DNA from: Bacillota bacterium
GTDB lineage: Bacteria > Bacillota_I > Bacilli_A > RF39 > UBA660
Direction of reading: 5' to 3'
DNA: 64,000 nt
NCBI GenBank assembly: GCA_021771185.1
Contig: JAETPN010000001.1
Coordinates: 107,008 to 171,007, forward strand
Under the pieces are notes generated by a model that worked only from the letters and a program-made list of their open reading frames with translations, did no database searches and was not told the DNA's origin. Every line of letters begins with the position of its first letter. The stretch's first letter is position 1. Shown here piece after piece: positions 37,932-48,067 of the stretch. The position numbers and the translations under genes were made by a program.

Positions 37932-38873
37932 TTATTTTTTGTATTGATATCCAGAGATGAATGAATTATTTATCAATTGATCATGAAGCAATTTCTCATA
38001 ATTTTTTACAATTTCTTCCAATTGTTTATAAGTGAAATATTTGGCATCAAACCATGTAATAGAACTCATATTCTCAATATATTTATGTGTCCTATCATCC
38101 ATTATGTCTTTTTTTATACGATCATATTGTGCATCAGATAATTCAACCTCTGTTTGTTTTGTCCATTTTGAAAATAAGTTCTTTTTCGTTGGAACAAATT
38201 CTAACAATTCATATTGTGTGATACCATCTCTTAAATCGGTGGCTAAAGAGGTATCAGAATCAAAGTATACAGGCACATGACTGTCTGCTTGATACCAACG
38301 CAATCTAGATTTACGTCGTTTTCCATTCGTAGATACATCCATAGAACTTACACCACATAATTTCACACAACGTATTTGTTCAAAGATACTACTCTTTTCA
38401 TATAATAATTGTCTCTTTTTACGTTCATCCTTTTCCTGTTTCGTTAAACGGATAGGTTCAAAATAATCTAATTTTGTAAAAGCATCTGTCGTAATGACAA
38501 AATTATCCATATAACGAATGGTATCCCCAAAGAAATAAATATCATAAGTTGTCGTAGAGGCTCCAATCGCATCTTTCTCTGCTTCTCTTTCAAATAATTG
38601 TTCATCTATTGGTAATAGATCTTTCGTACGGTAACATAATTCATTTATTTTGGGAATCATATTTGAAGATAAATCCGCTGCAGGGAATTTTTCTCCTGTA
38701 CGAATATCAATGATTTCTTTCATTTCATTCAAATATCCAATAATTTCTTTTTGATAGGAAAAAACACCATCCCCTTCATATGTAAAAATTTTTACAGCGT
38801 GAAAATATTGAAATAATTCATAAATTCCAGATCCATATTTTCTTCCTAACTTTTGATATTCTTTATTAGCCAT
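37932..38873 (-). CDS. Hypothetical protein between sufU and sufB
   Basis: 313-aa ORF, no recognised motif. Confidence 0.7.
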   Translation of the reverse strand: MANKEYQKLGRKYGSGIYELFQYFHAVKIFTYEGDGVFSYQKEIIGYLNEMKEIIDIRTGEKFPAADLSSNMIPKINELCYRTKDLLPIDEQLFEREAEKDAIGASTTTYDIYFFGDTIRYMDNFVITTDAFTKLDYFEPIRLTKQEKDERKKRQLLYEKSSIFEQIRCVKLCGVSSMDVSTNGKRRKSRLRWYQADSHVPVYFDSDTSLATDLRDGITQYELLEFVPTKKNLFSKWTKQTEVELSDAQYDRIKKDIMDDRTHKYIENMSSITWFDAKYFTYKQLEEIVKNYEKLLHDQLINNSFISGYQYKK

Positions 38874-38875
38874 TC

Positions 38876-39301
38876 TTATACATCCTCATTTCTTGTAATT
38901 TTTTCAATCCCCCACCATGGCAGTAAAGCGCACTTTTTACGATTTGGTTGTTTATAAATATCATCATACGCAATCGCTTGTTCCAATACCTTTGGATCGT
39001 AGGGTTCCTCATTAATCATATGATTAAACTGTTCAATAATATGATTCGCTTCTACACAAGTTTTTCCAATTAAGGTTTCTATCATCACCGAAGTTGAACT
39101 TGTACAAATAGCACAGGCTTCTCCATCAAAACGAATGTCAGCTATTATTCCATCTTCTATTTTCGCCATTAAATGAATTTCATCAATACAACTGTCATTG
39201 GTAGTGTCTGATTTTTGATATTGGTCATCTTCAATTAATCCACGATGTCTAGGATTTTGATAATGATCTAAAATAATACTACGTCTTGTGTTAGCGTCCA
39301 T
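38876..39301 (-). CDS. sufU: SUF system NifU-like protein
   Basis: ILDHYQNPRHRG, SCID, FDGEACAICTSS, RKKCALLPW. Confidence 0.93.
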   Translation of the reverse strand: MDANTRRSIILDHYQNPRHRGLIEDDQYQKSDTTNDSCIDEIHLMAKIEDGIIADIRFDGEACAICTSSTSVMIETLIGKTCVEANHIIEQFNHMINEEPYDPKVLEQAIAYDDIYKQPNRKKCALLPWWGIEKITRNEDV

Positions 39302-39440
39302 ATAATCACTCCTTTATGGGTTTTTATTATAATACAAATCATAATAATTTGCAACTAACAAAATCTTTCCATTAAAGACAAAAACATATTTCTTTCTTCT
39401 TATTTTAAAACGATTACATATAATTTATTAGGTGATCAAA

Positions 39441-40166
39441 ATGAATGTAATCGCACATGCACATAATGTATGTACCTCTAGTGAGTTTCAAGAGCTCATT
39501 TTTAACAATGAAAATGTTTGCGGACTATCTCTAAATTTAATTATGACACGTGATCATAAAATTATTATTTATACGACTGCCCCAAATAACCCTGTAAGTA
39601 TTACAGCCTTAGAAATGACACCTTTAGATGAAATTAAAAATTATCATGTCTGGGAATTAGATGAAGTTTTATCTTATTTTCAAAACCAAACATATAACAA
39701 AAAAATTTTTCTTCAACTGATTCCACTTGCCACTGGACCTATTACAGATGATACCGTAGTTGCTATTAATAAACAAAACTACACCTATGTAAAAATTGTT
39801 ACAGATATTATTCAAAAATATCCAAATTTACAAATACATGTATCTAGTTTAGATTACAATTTAATTTACTATATGAAAGATCTAGTTAATACTCATAAAG
39901 TTGGGGTTACGATTTCTTATAATAATCTAAATTATGTGGATGTTGATTTTTATGAATTTCCGTCTAATATGGTAGATCTTATGATGATTCATCAACAATT
40001 AAACTTAGGAAAAGATGTGGTTGTCCTTGTTCGTGACGATAATGATATTTCATTATTACTAAAATCTTTTAAAAAGACAGATAATGCTTTAGCAAAACAA
40101 GTCTTCCCAAAAATTATTTTCAATACAACCTATCCTGAAATTTTTTATTTGACATTTCGAGAGTAA
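39441..40166 (+). CDS. Degenerate glycerophosphodiester phosphodiesterase-like protein
   Basis: IAHAH, GLSLNLIMTRDHKIII, LDEVL, SSLDY, TTYPE follow the GDPD barrel pattern without catalytic residues. Confidence 0.55.
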   Translation: MNVIAHAHNVCTSSEFQELIFNNENVCGLSLNLIMTRDHKIIIYTTAPNNPVSITALEMTPLDEIKNYHVWELDEVLSYFQNQTYNKKIFLQLIPLATGPITDDTVVAINKQNYTYVKIVTDIIQKYPNLQIHVSSLDYNLIYYMKDLVNTHKVGVTISYNNLNYVDVDFYEFPSNMVDLMMIHQQLNLGKDVVVLVRDDNDISLLLKSFKKTDNALAKQVFPKIIFNTTYPEIFYLTFRE

Positions 40167-40221
40167 GAAACATGAACAATGTTTCTTTTTCATATAAATA
40201 AAAAAGATAAATACAATGTAT

Positions 40222-40482
40222 CTATCTTGATTCAACAATTAATTTAATGGCTGTTCTCTCTTCTCCATCAATCACGATATCTGTGAATGCTGGAATACAA
40301 ACAAGATTTTTTCCACTAGGTGCAACAAATCCTCGAGCAATCGCAATCGCTTTTATTGCTTGATTTAATGCTCCCGCTCCTACGGCTTGTATTTCTACCT
40401 CACCTTTTTCCCTGAAGACATTTGCAAGTGCTCCTGCAACAGAATTAGGATTTGATTTTGACCTAACTTTTAATGTTTCCAT
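40222..40482 (-). CDS. spoVS: Stage V sporulation protein S
   Basis: LKVRSKSNPNSVAGALA...GAGALNQAIKAIAIARGFVAPSG. Confidence 0.96.
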   Translation of the reverse strand: METLKVRSKSNPNSVAGALANVFREKGEVEIQAVGAGALNQAIKAIAIARGFVAPSGKNLVCIPAFTDIVIDGEERTAIKLIVESR

Positions 40483-40545
40483 AAAAAATTCATCCTTTCT
40501 AAGTACATTATATCTTATGAAAGAATGGGATCAAAAAGAACTACT

Positions 40546-42363
40546 TCACTCATTTTTCTCTTGTTGATTTTTTATAAAAATCAGTACACACCATGGCATG
40601 ATAAAGACGTATGGCATCGCGTATCTAAAGTAAGCATTCACTGGAGACGCTAAGCAAACCAGTAGCGTCGCTAACAATGGAAACACACAAAGAAGAAATG
40701 AATATTGCTTCTTTATAAGACTATAGATACTGATAAATAACAAGAGAAGTGTATTCCATCCAATATTCGATAATAAACCAATTCCTGGAATATAAGGGAA
40801 TATATTTCCATACATAGCTAATACTTTTCTTAATGGTGCACATGAATTATAATGATAATCCACAACCCCTTCTTCTTGAATTAAAGGATAATATTTTGTA
40901 TAAATATACCAACGTGTATGTCCTGGATAAAAATAACCATAAGTATTATGAAGTGTTGCTTCCAAATAAACCCCTGGATGTTTTAAGAAACCATGGAACC
41001 ATACCCTAAAGTATTGTTTTAATTCTTTCTTTGTGGTGTGGGGATTATATTCATTCTTTACAGGATCTGAAATTTCTGGTTTATAACGATCTCCTAATGT
41101 ATCAAATCCTAAGACCTTATCAACCACCCTTTTCTCCTTTTCAGAAAAAGCTTCTGGATGAATATGTGCTAAACGTGCCGTTTGTTGAAAAGGAATTGAT
41201 AGTATTTCTCTGGTACTTCCATTTGTAATTTTTAACCCTGGTAAGAGAACTTTATCATAAGAAAAATAACTAACCATAAAGATAACAAAAAGGAATGTTA
41301 ATACCTTACGATATCTTTTTTCATATAAAATAACAAAAGGAAGAGATAATAAGATAATATAAATACCATTATTTCTAAAAAGGGCAACAAGGCAAAGAAG
41401 AAAGAAAAACAAAATCCAATGTTTCCTTTTTAGTGAAACGTTTTTATTTAAAATATAATAAAGGGCTAGGAGGTAAAAGATGATAAATGCTGTATATAGC
41501 GTATCCTTAACACCAGACATGGCATATAACGGAAACATTGGTACTAATGCATAAATCAATAAAATGAAAAATCTTTTTTGCACAGAAACATTTTCTTTTT
41601 TTAAAGAAACAATCGTTAAAATAAGTGCACTCATCAGTACGAACGTTTGAAGCATACTATAAATAAATAATCCAACATTGTCACTTCCAAAAAAGCGTCC
41701 AAGCTTTAAACACCCACCTAATAACATCGTATGAAGGACAGGATGATGATTGGTTAAATTTACTTTCGGCGATAATGGAAGAATATAAGTCATATATTTG
41801 GTTGGTATATTAAAGAATTGTAAAATCTGATAACTTGGATCAGGAGATAATATAATAGGATAAAAGGCAAAAATATAAATACTCCAACAAAGAGTTAGAA
41901 CAAGAAAGGAAGTTTTTACAGGATGATTATTAAAATATAAAAGAAACTTTGAAGTAACCTTCTTTTCTGTTTTTTTTATTTGTAAGAGATCATCTATTTT
42001 TTCTAGGAGCACATAAAAAAAAGCAAAATATCCTAGACTTCGACAAAGGGTAATTAAGAAAAGTAATGGTGTTTGATAAAGCATTCTTAACGAATCTATT
42101 TTATGAAAACTCTCCCCTATTAACATAAAACAACTTAAAAATAAAACAAATATTATTTTTAAAGGATGTAATTTATGTGTATCCCACTTTTGATAGATTA
42201 AACTAAATAAAATAGTTAATAAGCTTACAGAAAACAAATCAATCACAAAAGGACTTCGTGGTTGAAATGTATCAACATATAAACCAGTTTGGTCAAAAAA
42301 ACAACCAAAGGATATTAATATCCCTAATATTATATATTTCCATTCGATTTTCTTTTTTTCCAT
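40546..42363 (-). CDS. Polytopic membrane protein (DUF6020-like, putative GT-C fold)
   Basis: YPIILSPD, NHHPVLHT, KDTLY, FRNNG, SIPFQQTAR, SPVNAYFRY. Confidence 0.8.
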   Translation of the reverse strand: MEKKKIEWKYIILGILISFGCFFDQTGLYVDTFQPRSPFVIDLFSVSLLTILFSLIYQKWDTHKLHPLKIIFVLFLSCFMLIGESFHKIDSLRMLYQTPLLFLITLCRSLGYFAFFYVLLEKIDDLLQIKKTEKKVTSKFLLYFNNHPVKTSFLVLTLCWSIYIFAFYPIILSPDPSYQILQFFNIPTKYMTYILPLSPKVNLTNHHPVLHTMLLGGCLKLGRFFGSDNVGLFIYSMLQTFVLMSALILTIVSLKKENVSVQKRFFILLIYALVPMFPLYAMSGVKDTLYTAFIIFYLLALYYILNKNVSLKRKHWILFFFLLCLVALFRNNGIYIILLSLPFVILYEKRYRKVLTFLFVIFMVSYFSYDKVLLPGLKITNGSTREILSIPFQQTARLAHIHPEAFSEKEKRVVDKVLGFDTLGDRYKPEISDPVKNEYNPHTTKKELKQYFRVWFHGFLKHPGVYLEATLHNTYGYFYPGHTRWYIYTKYYPLIQEEGVVDYHYNSCAPLRKVLAMYGNIFPYIPGIGLLSNIGWNTLLLLFISIYSLIKKQYSFLLCVFPLLATLLVCLASPVNAYFRYAMPYVFIMPWCVLIFIKNQQEKNE

Positions 42364-42486
42364 AATCCACCTCTTCCTACTAAGTATATCACTATTTTAA
42401 AGATATGATTACTTTTCTTCCTAAATTTACTATACATTTACAACATCCCATGATATAATAAAGAAGTTAAGAAAAGAGGTTTGGTT

Positions 42487-42876
42487 ATGAAAAAAGGAAT
42501 AGCTCTATTAATTCTAGTAATCTTATGTAGTGGATGCAGTCTTTTTCCAAATAATAAATGTATGGGTGAATATAAAGATAAGATCATAAGCAATCAATTA
42601 ACTTTTAAAGGAAACTATGCAATTTGTGAAAATCCAAAAAAGAAACCTATTTTTAAAGATGATCTAAAGGCTATGGAACAAATCAAAAAAGATTATAGCG
42701 AAACACTAACTGCTGTACAGGAAGCATTTCATTTAAAATCATTTAATGATTCTAATTTAGAAGATTATAAAAACTATAGTAATCAATTAACCGCAACCAG
42801 TGAAGAAATTAAAAAAGAGGCCGCAGATCTTTCTACGCTATTAGAAATTTATCAAAATGGACAAAACACTAAGTAA
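42487..42876 (+). CDS. Hypothetical lipoprotein
   Basis: Lipobox CSGC; own promoter. Confidence 0.7.
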   Translation: MKKGIALLILVILCSGCSLFPNNKCMGEYKDKIISNQLTFKGNYAICENPKKKPIFKDDLKAMEQIKKDYSETLTAVQEAFHLKSFNDSNLEDYKNYSNQLTATSEEIKKEAADLSTLLEIYQNGQNTK

Positions 42877-42893
42877 AAAATACTTAGTGTTTT

Positions 42894-43838
42894 TCATACT
42901 TCAAACGTTGTCATATTAATAAAGTTAAGTTGTTCATAAAATTTAAGTTCTCGCACTAATCGAAATAAAGCCTCATCTTTGGCTTTACACTCCAACATCA
43001 CATCAACATCCTGCCCCACTTTTTTTAATACATGTACAAAGTTCATAAACTTTTTATAATCGATATATTCATGATGAGCCCTTTTCTCCTTCTTACTTTT
43101 AGGGGAAGAATAATGAACTTTGGGTGGAACCGACTTTCCTTCCCATGTCTTAAATACACGACACAATAATTCTTCAAGCTCTATATCACTAGGATGACAC
43201 CAATGATGATGGAGATCTAATACCATAGGAATTTTTAATTCTTCACAAATTTCTAAAACATCTAAAGCGTGAAACGTACGGTCATCGTTTTCTAAAATAA
43301 TTTCTGCACGAATACGTTTTGGAAGTTTTTTAAAATGATCGATAAAACGTTGTTTCGCTTCTTCCTTATTCGGAGAACCACTTCCTATATGAAGGATCAT
43401 AAAACTATCAATATTCATCACTTGATATAATTGATCAATAAATTTCAAAATGCGTTTACTAGACTTAATCACATCTTCATGTTCACTGTTTAAAACACAA
43501 AATTGATCTGGATGGGTATCTACTCTCATCTGATGATAATTAATATATTCTCCAATTTTTTCAAATGTGGTACGATATGGTTCGATATAATCAAAAGGAA
43601 CACTTTTGTGTGTTGCGAGTGGGATCATATTATGAGAAAAACGATAAAAATAAACTTCATTTTGAAGATTATACTGTAGTGTACGATAAAATTGATTTAA
43701 ATTATAAGTTATAATTTGATCCAATTTTATTTTTCGTTCTTCCTTGGATAAAGCAGTATATCTTGTATATGTCATCGTTTTAAAATATCCACCACGTGTA
43801 AAATATGGAATCGCAACATAACCTAAGCGTACTTTCAT
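42894..43838 (-). CDS. uvsE: UV DNA damage endonuclease
   Basis: RLGYVA, HPDQFCVLNS, LENDD, DLHHH, HYSSPK, MLECKAKD. Confidence 0.95.
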   Translation of the reverse strand: MKVRLGYVAIPYFTRGGYFKTMTYTRYTALSKEERKIKLDQIITYNLNQFYRTLQYNLQNEVYFYRFSHNMIPLATHKSVPFDYIEPYRTTFEKIGEYINYHQMRVDTHPDQFCVLNSEHEDVIKSSKRILKFIDQLYQVMNIDSFMILHIGSGSPNKEEAKQRFIDHFKKLPKRIRAEIILENDDRTFHALDVLEICEELKIPMVLDLHHHWCHPSDIELEELLCRVFKTWEGKSVPPKVHYSSPKSKKEKRAHHEYIDYKKFMNFVHVLKKVGQDVDVMLECKAKDEALFRLVRELKFYEQLNFINMTTFEV

Positions 43839-43853
43839 ACCATCACCCTATGT

Positions 43854-43882
43854 TAGTATGTGATTATTTCTTTCAATCATAC
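43854..43882 (-). promoter_or_regulatory. SigG-like promoter upstream of uvsE
   Basis: GTATG-17 nt-CATACTA fits B. subtilis SigG consensus GHATR-N17/18-CATAHTA. Confidence 0.55.
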
Positions 43883-43944
43883 GCTTCAAAAAATTGTCGA
43901 ATTAAAAAATAAATGATATAATGAAAATATATTGGAGGTAACGA

Positions 43945-44547
43945 ATGGAAAAGAAAACAAAAATAACAATTGGTATATTAACTACTATTTTATTAGTACT
44001 TACTAGTATCCTTGGATACTATAAGCTACAACCTAAGAAAGAAACAGATACTTTAAAGTTTCAAAAAGAATATCAAGAGGTCGATAAAAATCATGTTTTT
44101 GTCTACCGCAACTTAAATGAAATTATCGATATTTTAAAACATGGGACAGGTGTTGTTTACCTAGGATTTCCTGAATGTCCATGGTGTCAACGTTACGCTG
44201 TTTATCTAAATGAAGTAGCGAAAGAACAAGGAATTGAACAAATTTATTATTATAATATTAAAGAAGATCGTGAAAAAAACACCAAAGAATATCAAGAAGT
44301 TGTAAAAATTTTAGAAGATTCCCTAGACTATAATAATGAAGGTAAAAAAAGAATTTTTGTTCCAGATATTACTTTTGTTCAAGACGGAAAAATTATTGGC
44401 CATGATAATGAAACTTCAATGATTTCAGACGAAAACATGACACCAGATAAATATTGGGACAAAGAAAATATCAAAAAATTAAAAGAAAAATTAACGAAGT
44501 TCGCATCAGAATTAAATACTGATATGTGTACAAAATGTAATGAATAA
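43945..44547 (+). CDS. Membrane-anchored thioredoxin-fold protein
   Basis: N-terminal TM; GFPECPWC; FVPDITFVQDGK. Confidence 0.8.
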   Translation: MEKKTKITIGILTTILLVLTSILGYYKLQPKKETDTLKFQKEYQEVDKNHVFVYRNLNEIIDILKHGTGVVYLGFPECPWCQRYAVYLNEVAKEQGIEQIYYYNIKEDREKNTKEYQEVVKILEDSLDYNNEGKKRIFVPDITFVQDGKIIGHDNETSMISDENMTPDKYWDKENIKKLKEKLTKFASELNTDMCTKCNE

Positions 44548-44609
44548 CACAAAGAATACTTTGTGTTTTATAATATAGCTATTTTTGATATAATAAAAAA
44601 AGAAACGAG

Positions 44610-45287
44610 ATGAATCAAATGAATACTATATTAATTGTGGAAGATGATCAAGACATTAATCATATGCTCACTGATTTATTAGTCATGAACCATTATCAAG
44701 TGAAAAATGTTTATGATGGTTCAACAGCATTAGAAACACCCTTAGAAGATGTCGATTTAATTCTTTTAGATCTTATGCTTCCAGGAATTAATGGGAAAGA
44801 ATTAATCTTGCACTTAAAAAGGAAGAAAGATCTTCCCATTATTATTTTAAGTGCTCTAGGTGATATTGAAACAAAAGTACTTCTCTTTGATTTAGGAGCG
44901 GATGATTATATTACCAAACCCTTCAATAATCAAGAACTAATCGCACGAATCAAAACAAGATTAAAACATACAACGAACAAAGTATATAAATATAAAGAAT
45001 TAACTTTGGATGAGGAACATTTTCATGTAACTTGTAAAAATGAGTTCGTTTATTTATCGAAAACAGAATTCCAATTACTAAAAATTTTAATCGCCCACCC
45101 TACACAAGTATTTTCAAAAAATGATTTAATTGAACAGGTATGGAGCCATGAAGATTCTGCAGATGACAATACCTTAAATGTACATATTAGTAATATTCGT
45201 CACAAATTAAAAAAAGTGAATCCCACCTACTCCTACATTAAAACAATATGGAATATTGGTTATAAATTAGAAAATGAAAAATCTTAA
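44610..45287 (+). CDS. OmpR-family response regulator
   Basis: ILIVEDD, LLDLMLPG, GADDYITKPF, LNVHISNIR. Confidence 0.95.
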   Translation: MNQMNTILIVEDDQDINHMLTDLLVMNHYQVKNVYDGSTALETPLEDVDLILLDLMLPGINGKELILHLKRKKDLPIIILSALGDIETKVLLFDLGADDYITKPFNNQELIARIKTRLKHTTNKVYKYKELTLDEEHFHVTCKNEFVYLSKTEFQLLKILIAHPTQVFSKNDLIEQVWSHEDSADDNTLNVHISNIRHKLKKVNPTYSYIKTIWNIGYKLENEKS

Positions 45288-45301
45288 GACTTTTTTAAGA
45301 T
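45282..45301 (+). promoter_or_regulatory. OmpR-type direct repeat (TTAAGA x2, 11-bp period) before ABC genes
   Basis: TCTTAAGACTTTTTTAAGAT upstream of a TATGAT -10. Confidence 0.6.
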
Positions 45302-45337
45302 TTTTTTGTTATGATAAAAATAAGCAAGGAGGAATTT

Positions 45338-46258
45338 ATGAAAAAAACAGTTTTAAAAACAAATCATTTATCTAAAAAGTATGGAAATACGATGGTTTTA
45401 GATGATATTAATATTACAATTAAACAAGGAGATATTTATGGACTTATTGGAAAAAATGGAGCCGGAAAAACAACCTTGATGCGTACACTAACAACGCTTG
45501 CTGAAACAACTAGTGGTACATTTCAATTTTTTGAAGAAAACAAGCAAGTAAAAAGACGCATTGGTTGTTTAATTGAATCACCTGCTTTTTATCAAAATTT
45601 AAGTGCTTATGATAATCTAAAATATTATGCTTACCAAAAAGGAATTGTTAATTTCAAACAAATCGATGAAGCTCTTTCTATCGTTAAACTAGAAAACACT
45701 GGAAAGAAAAAATTTAAAAACTTTTCATTAGGAATGAAACAAAGACTTGGAATTGCTCTAGCTATTTTAGATCACCCTGACTTTCTCATCTTAGATGAAC
45801 CTATCAACGGATTAGATCCTATTGGTATTAGTGAAATTAGGGATACTTTACAACGCTTAAACGAAGAACAAAATATGACGATTTTAATTTCCAGCCATAT
45901 TCTATCAGAACTTTACGCTGTCGCAAATAAATTTTGTTTTATTGATCATGGAAAAGTTATGAAAGAAATTAGTAAAGAAGATCTTGATACAGAATGTAAA
46001 AAATGTATTGTCATTCGCGCAGAGGCAAAAAAGGTAACTGTTCTTTTAGAAGAAATTGTAAAAACAAAACAATATAAAGTCATTCATGAAAATGAAGTTC
46101 GTATTTATGATCATCAAGATCCAAAAACAATCAATAAAATTTTATGGGAAAACGATGTAGAAGTTGAAGCTATTTATGAATCTGGTATTAGCTTAGAAGA
46201 TTATTTCAAAATGATGATAAAAGGAGATGAAAACAATGATGAATCAAATGAAAGCTGA
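45338..46258 (+). CDS. ABC transporter ATP-binding protein (BcrA/lantibiotic-resistance-like)
   Basis: GKNGAGKTT, FSLGMKQRLG, LDEPINGLDP, SSH. Confidence 0.93.
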   Translation: MKKTVLKTNHLSKKYGNTMVLDDINITIKQGDIYGLIGKNGAGKTTLMRTLTTLAETTSGTFQFFEENKQVKRRIGCLIESPAFYQNLSAYDNLKYYAYQKGIVNFKQIDEALSIVKLENTGKKKFKNFSLGMKQRLGIALAILDHPDFLILDEPINGLDPIGISEIRDTLQRLNEEQNMTILISSHILSELYAVANKFCFIDHGKVMKEISKEDLDTECKKCIVIRAEAKKVTVLLEEIVKTKQYKVIHENEVRIYDHQDPKTINKILWENDVEVEAIYESGISLEDYFKMMIKGDENNDESNES

Positions 46259-47057
46259 TTTATTTCGTATTTTTAAAGGAAAAGCCATTTTTATTACATT
46301 AATCCTTTTCTTAGTTATGACCTTTAGTAGTGTATATATGCTATCCCCTGGACATATTGGATTCTCCATGGGGAGTGCATCCATGAGTGAAGAAGAAATT
46401 GCAGTATACGGACAATTAAATAACATCTTTGAATTACGTGAATATCAATTAAAACATCAAGCTTTCGATTTAGATCGTGCTTGCATTGGGCAAAACAATA
46501 ATTTATACTATTTCTTTATTGTAATTGTTATTCTTGTTTTATGTACTGATTTTAGTAATAAAACTATTAAAAATGCCATATCAACATCCACTTCTAGAAA
46601 ACAATATTTTTTATCCAAAACCCTGCTTATTTTCTTCCTTTGTACAGGTCTTATTCTCCTAAGTAATTATGGTACTCATGTGATGAATTTACTTATAAAT
46701 GGAAAGAAATTTACTACAAGTCTTTATACCATTACAAAATTAACCATATATCAACTTCCTTTGTTATATGGTATAATAAGTTTACTCTGTTGCATGGGAT
46801 TTATAATTCGTAGATTATCCTTATTTAATGGAATTAGTATTCCGTTCCTTATGGTATTTCAGTTAATGCTTATGAGTATTTGTGCAATTACTGGAAATAA
46901 TCACATAATGAATTATGAATTTCAAACAGCTCTAGACTTCCTTGTGAATCATCCAACCAATAAGTTTATTTTAGAATGTGTCCTCCTAGGATGTAGTTAT
47001 ATTGTTCTATTTAATGCCTTAGGATACTATTCACTTAAAAAAGCAGATATAAAATAA
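46236..47057 (+). CDS. ABC-2 type permease
   Basis: DFSNKTIKN...SRKQYFLSK; about 6 TM; KKADIK end. Confidence 0.88.
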   Translation: MMNQMKADLFRIFKGKAIFITLILFLVMTFSSVYMLSPGHIGFSMGSASMSEEEIAVYGQLNNIFELREYQLKHQAFDLDRACIGQNNNLYYFFIVIVILVLCTDFSNKTIKNAISTSTSRKQYFLSKTLLIFFLCTGLILLSNYGTHVMNLLINGKKFTTSLYTITKLTIYQLPLLYGIISLLCCMGFIIRRLSLFNGISIPFLMVFQLMLMSICAITGNNHIMNYEFQTALDFLVNHPTNKFILECVLLGCSYIVLFNALGYYSLKKADIK

Positions 47058-47072
47058 AGGAGCGTGAAAAAA

Positions 47073-47972
47073 ATGATTGAGATTATATTAGGAATTCTCG
47101 TTATCATTCTTTTCACGCATTTATTTTGCCTAAAAAGAGACTTAAAAAAATTAAATAAAGATTTAACCCATTATAAAAAAATAGATACAAATAACCTACT
47201 TCATACTTCATCTATGGATAAAGATTTAAAGCAAATGATCTGTCAAATCAATGATGAATTACAGAAAATTAAAACCAAAGAAATTTTAATTAAACAACAA
47301 AGTTGGCGATTAAAAAAAATGATGACAAATATTTCACACGATTTAAAAACTCCATTAACTTCTGCGATTGGATATATCGAAATGATTCAATCATCAACTA
47401 TAGATCACGAAAAAAAACAAAAGTATATCTCGATTATTGAAGAACGATTACATAAATTATCTTCCTTAATTCAATCTTTCTTTGAATTTTCAAGCATCTT
47501 ATCTAAAGATGAAACACCTGTCATAGAAAATCAGGAAATCATCCCTATTTTAGAACAATGTATAATCTCCTACTACGAAGATTTCGATCAAGAAAAACGT
47601 AAAATTATCTTAAAAGATCATCTACAAAATAAAAAAATACAAACCAACAAAATGATGTTGATTCGTATCTTTGATAATATAATTGGAAATAGTTTAAAAC
47701 ACGGAATAAATGATTTAATTATCACCTTAACAGAAGATGATCAAACATTATCCATCGCTTTTCAAAACGAAATGACAGATACTCTATTAGATGTGAATCA
47801 AATTTTTGATGAATTTTATACAACAGATATATCAAGAACAAGTGGAAATACTGGTTTAGGTTTAGCCATTGTAAAAGAATTTGTAACATTATTAGGTGGG
47901 ACTGTAGATGCTAAAATACAAAAGGAAACGTTAATCATTACCCTACACTTTCCAAAAAACAGAAGGTCATAG
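47073..47972 (+). CDS. Sensor histidine kinase (intramembrane-sensing type)
   Basis: NISHDLKTPLT, FDNIIGNSLKHG, GNTGLGLAI. Confidence 0.93.
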   Translation: MIEIILGILVIILFTHLFCLKRDLKKLNKDLTHYKKIDTNNLLHTSSMDKDLKQMICQINDELQKIKTKEILIKQQSWRLKKMMTNISHDLKTPLTSAIGYIEMIQSSTIDHEKKQKYISIIEERLHKLSSLIQSFFEFSSILSKDETPVIENQEIIPILEQCIISYYEDFDQEKRKIILKDHLQNKKIQTNKMMLIRIFDNIIGNSLKHGINDLIITLTEDDQTLSIAFQNEMTDTLLDVNQIFDEFYTTDISRTSGNTGLGLAIVKEFVTLLGGTVDAKIQKETLIITLHFPKNRRS

Positions 47973-48067
47973 TTTTTTACTATGTATTACAACTTTCATA
48001 AAAAATATAGTAAAGTTTTCATATTTATAGTATAATTTTTAAAGAATTAACTAAATAGGTGGTACTT

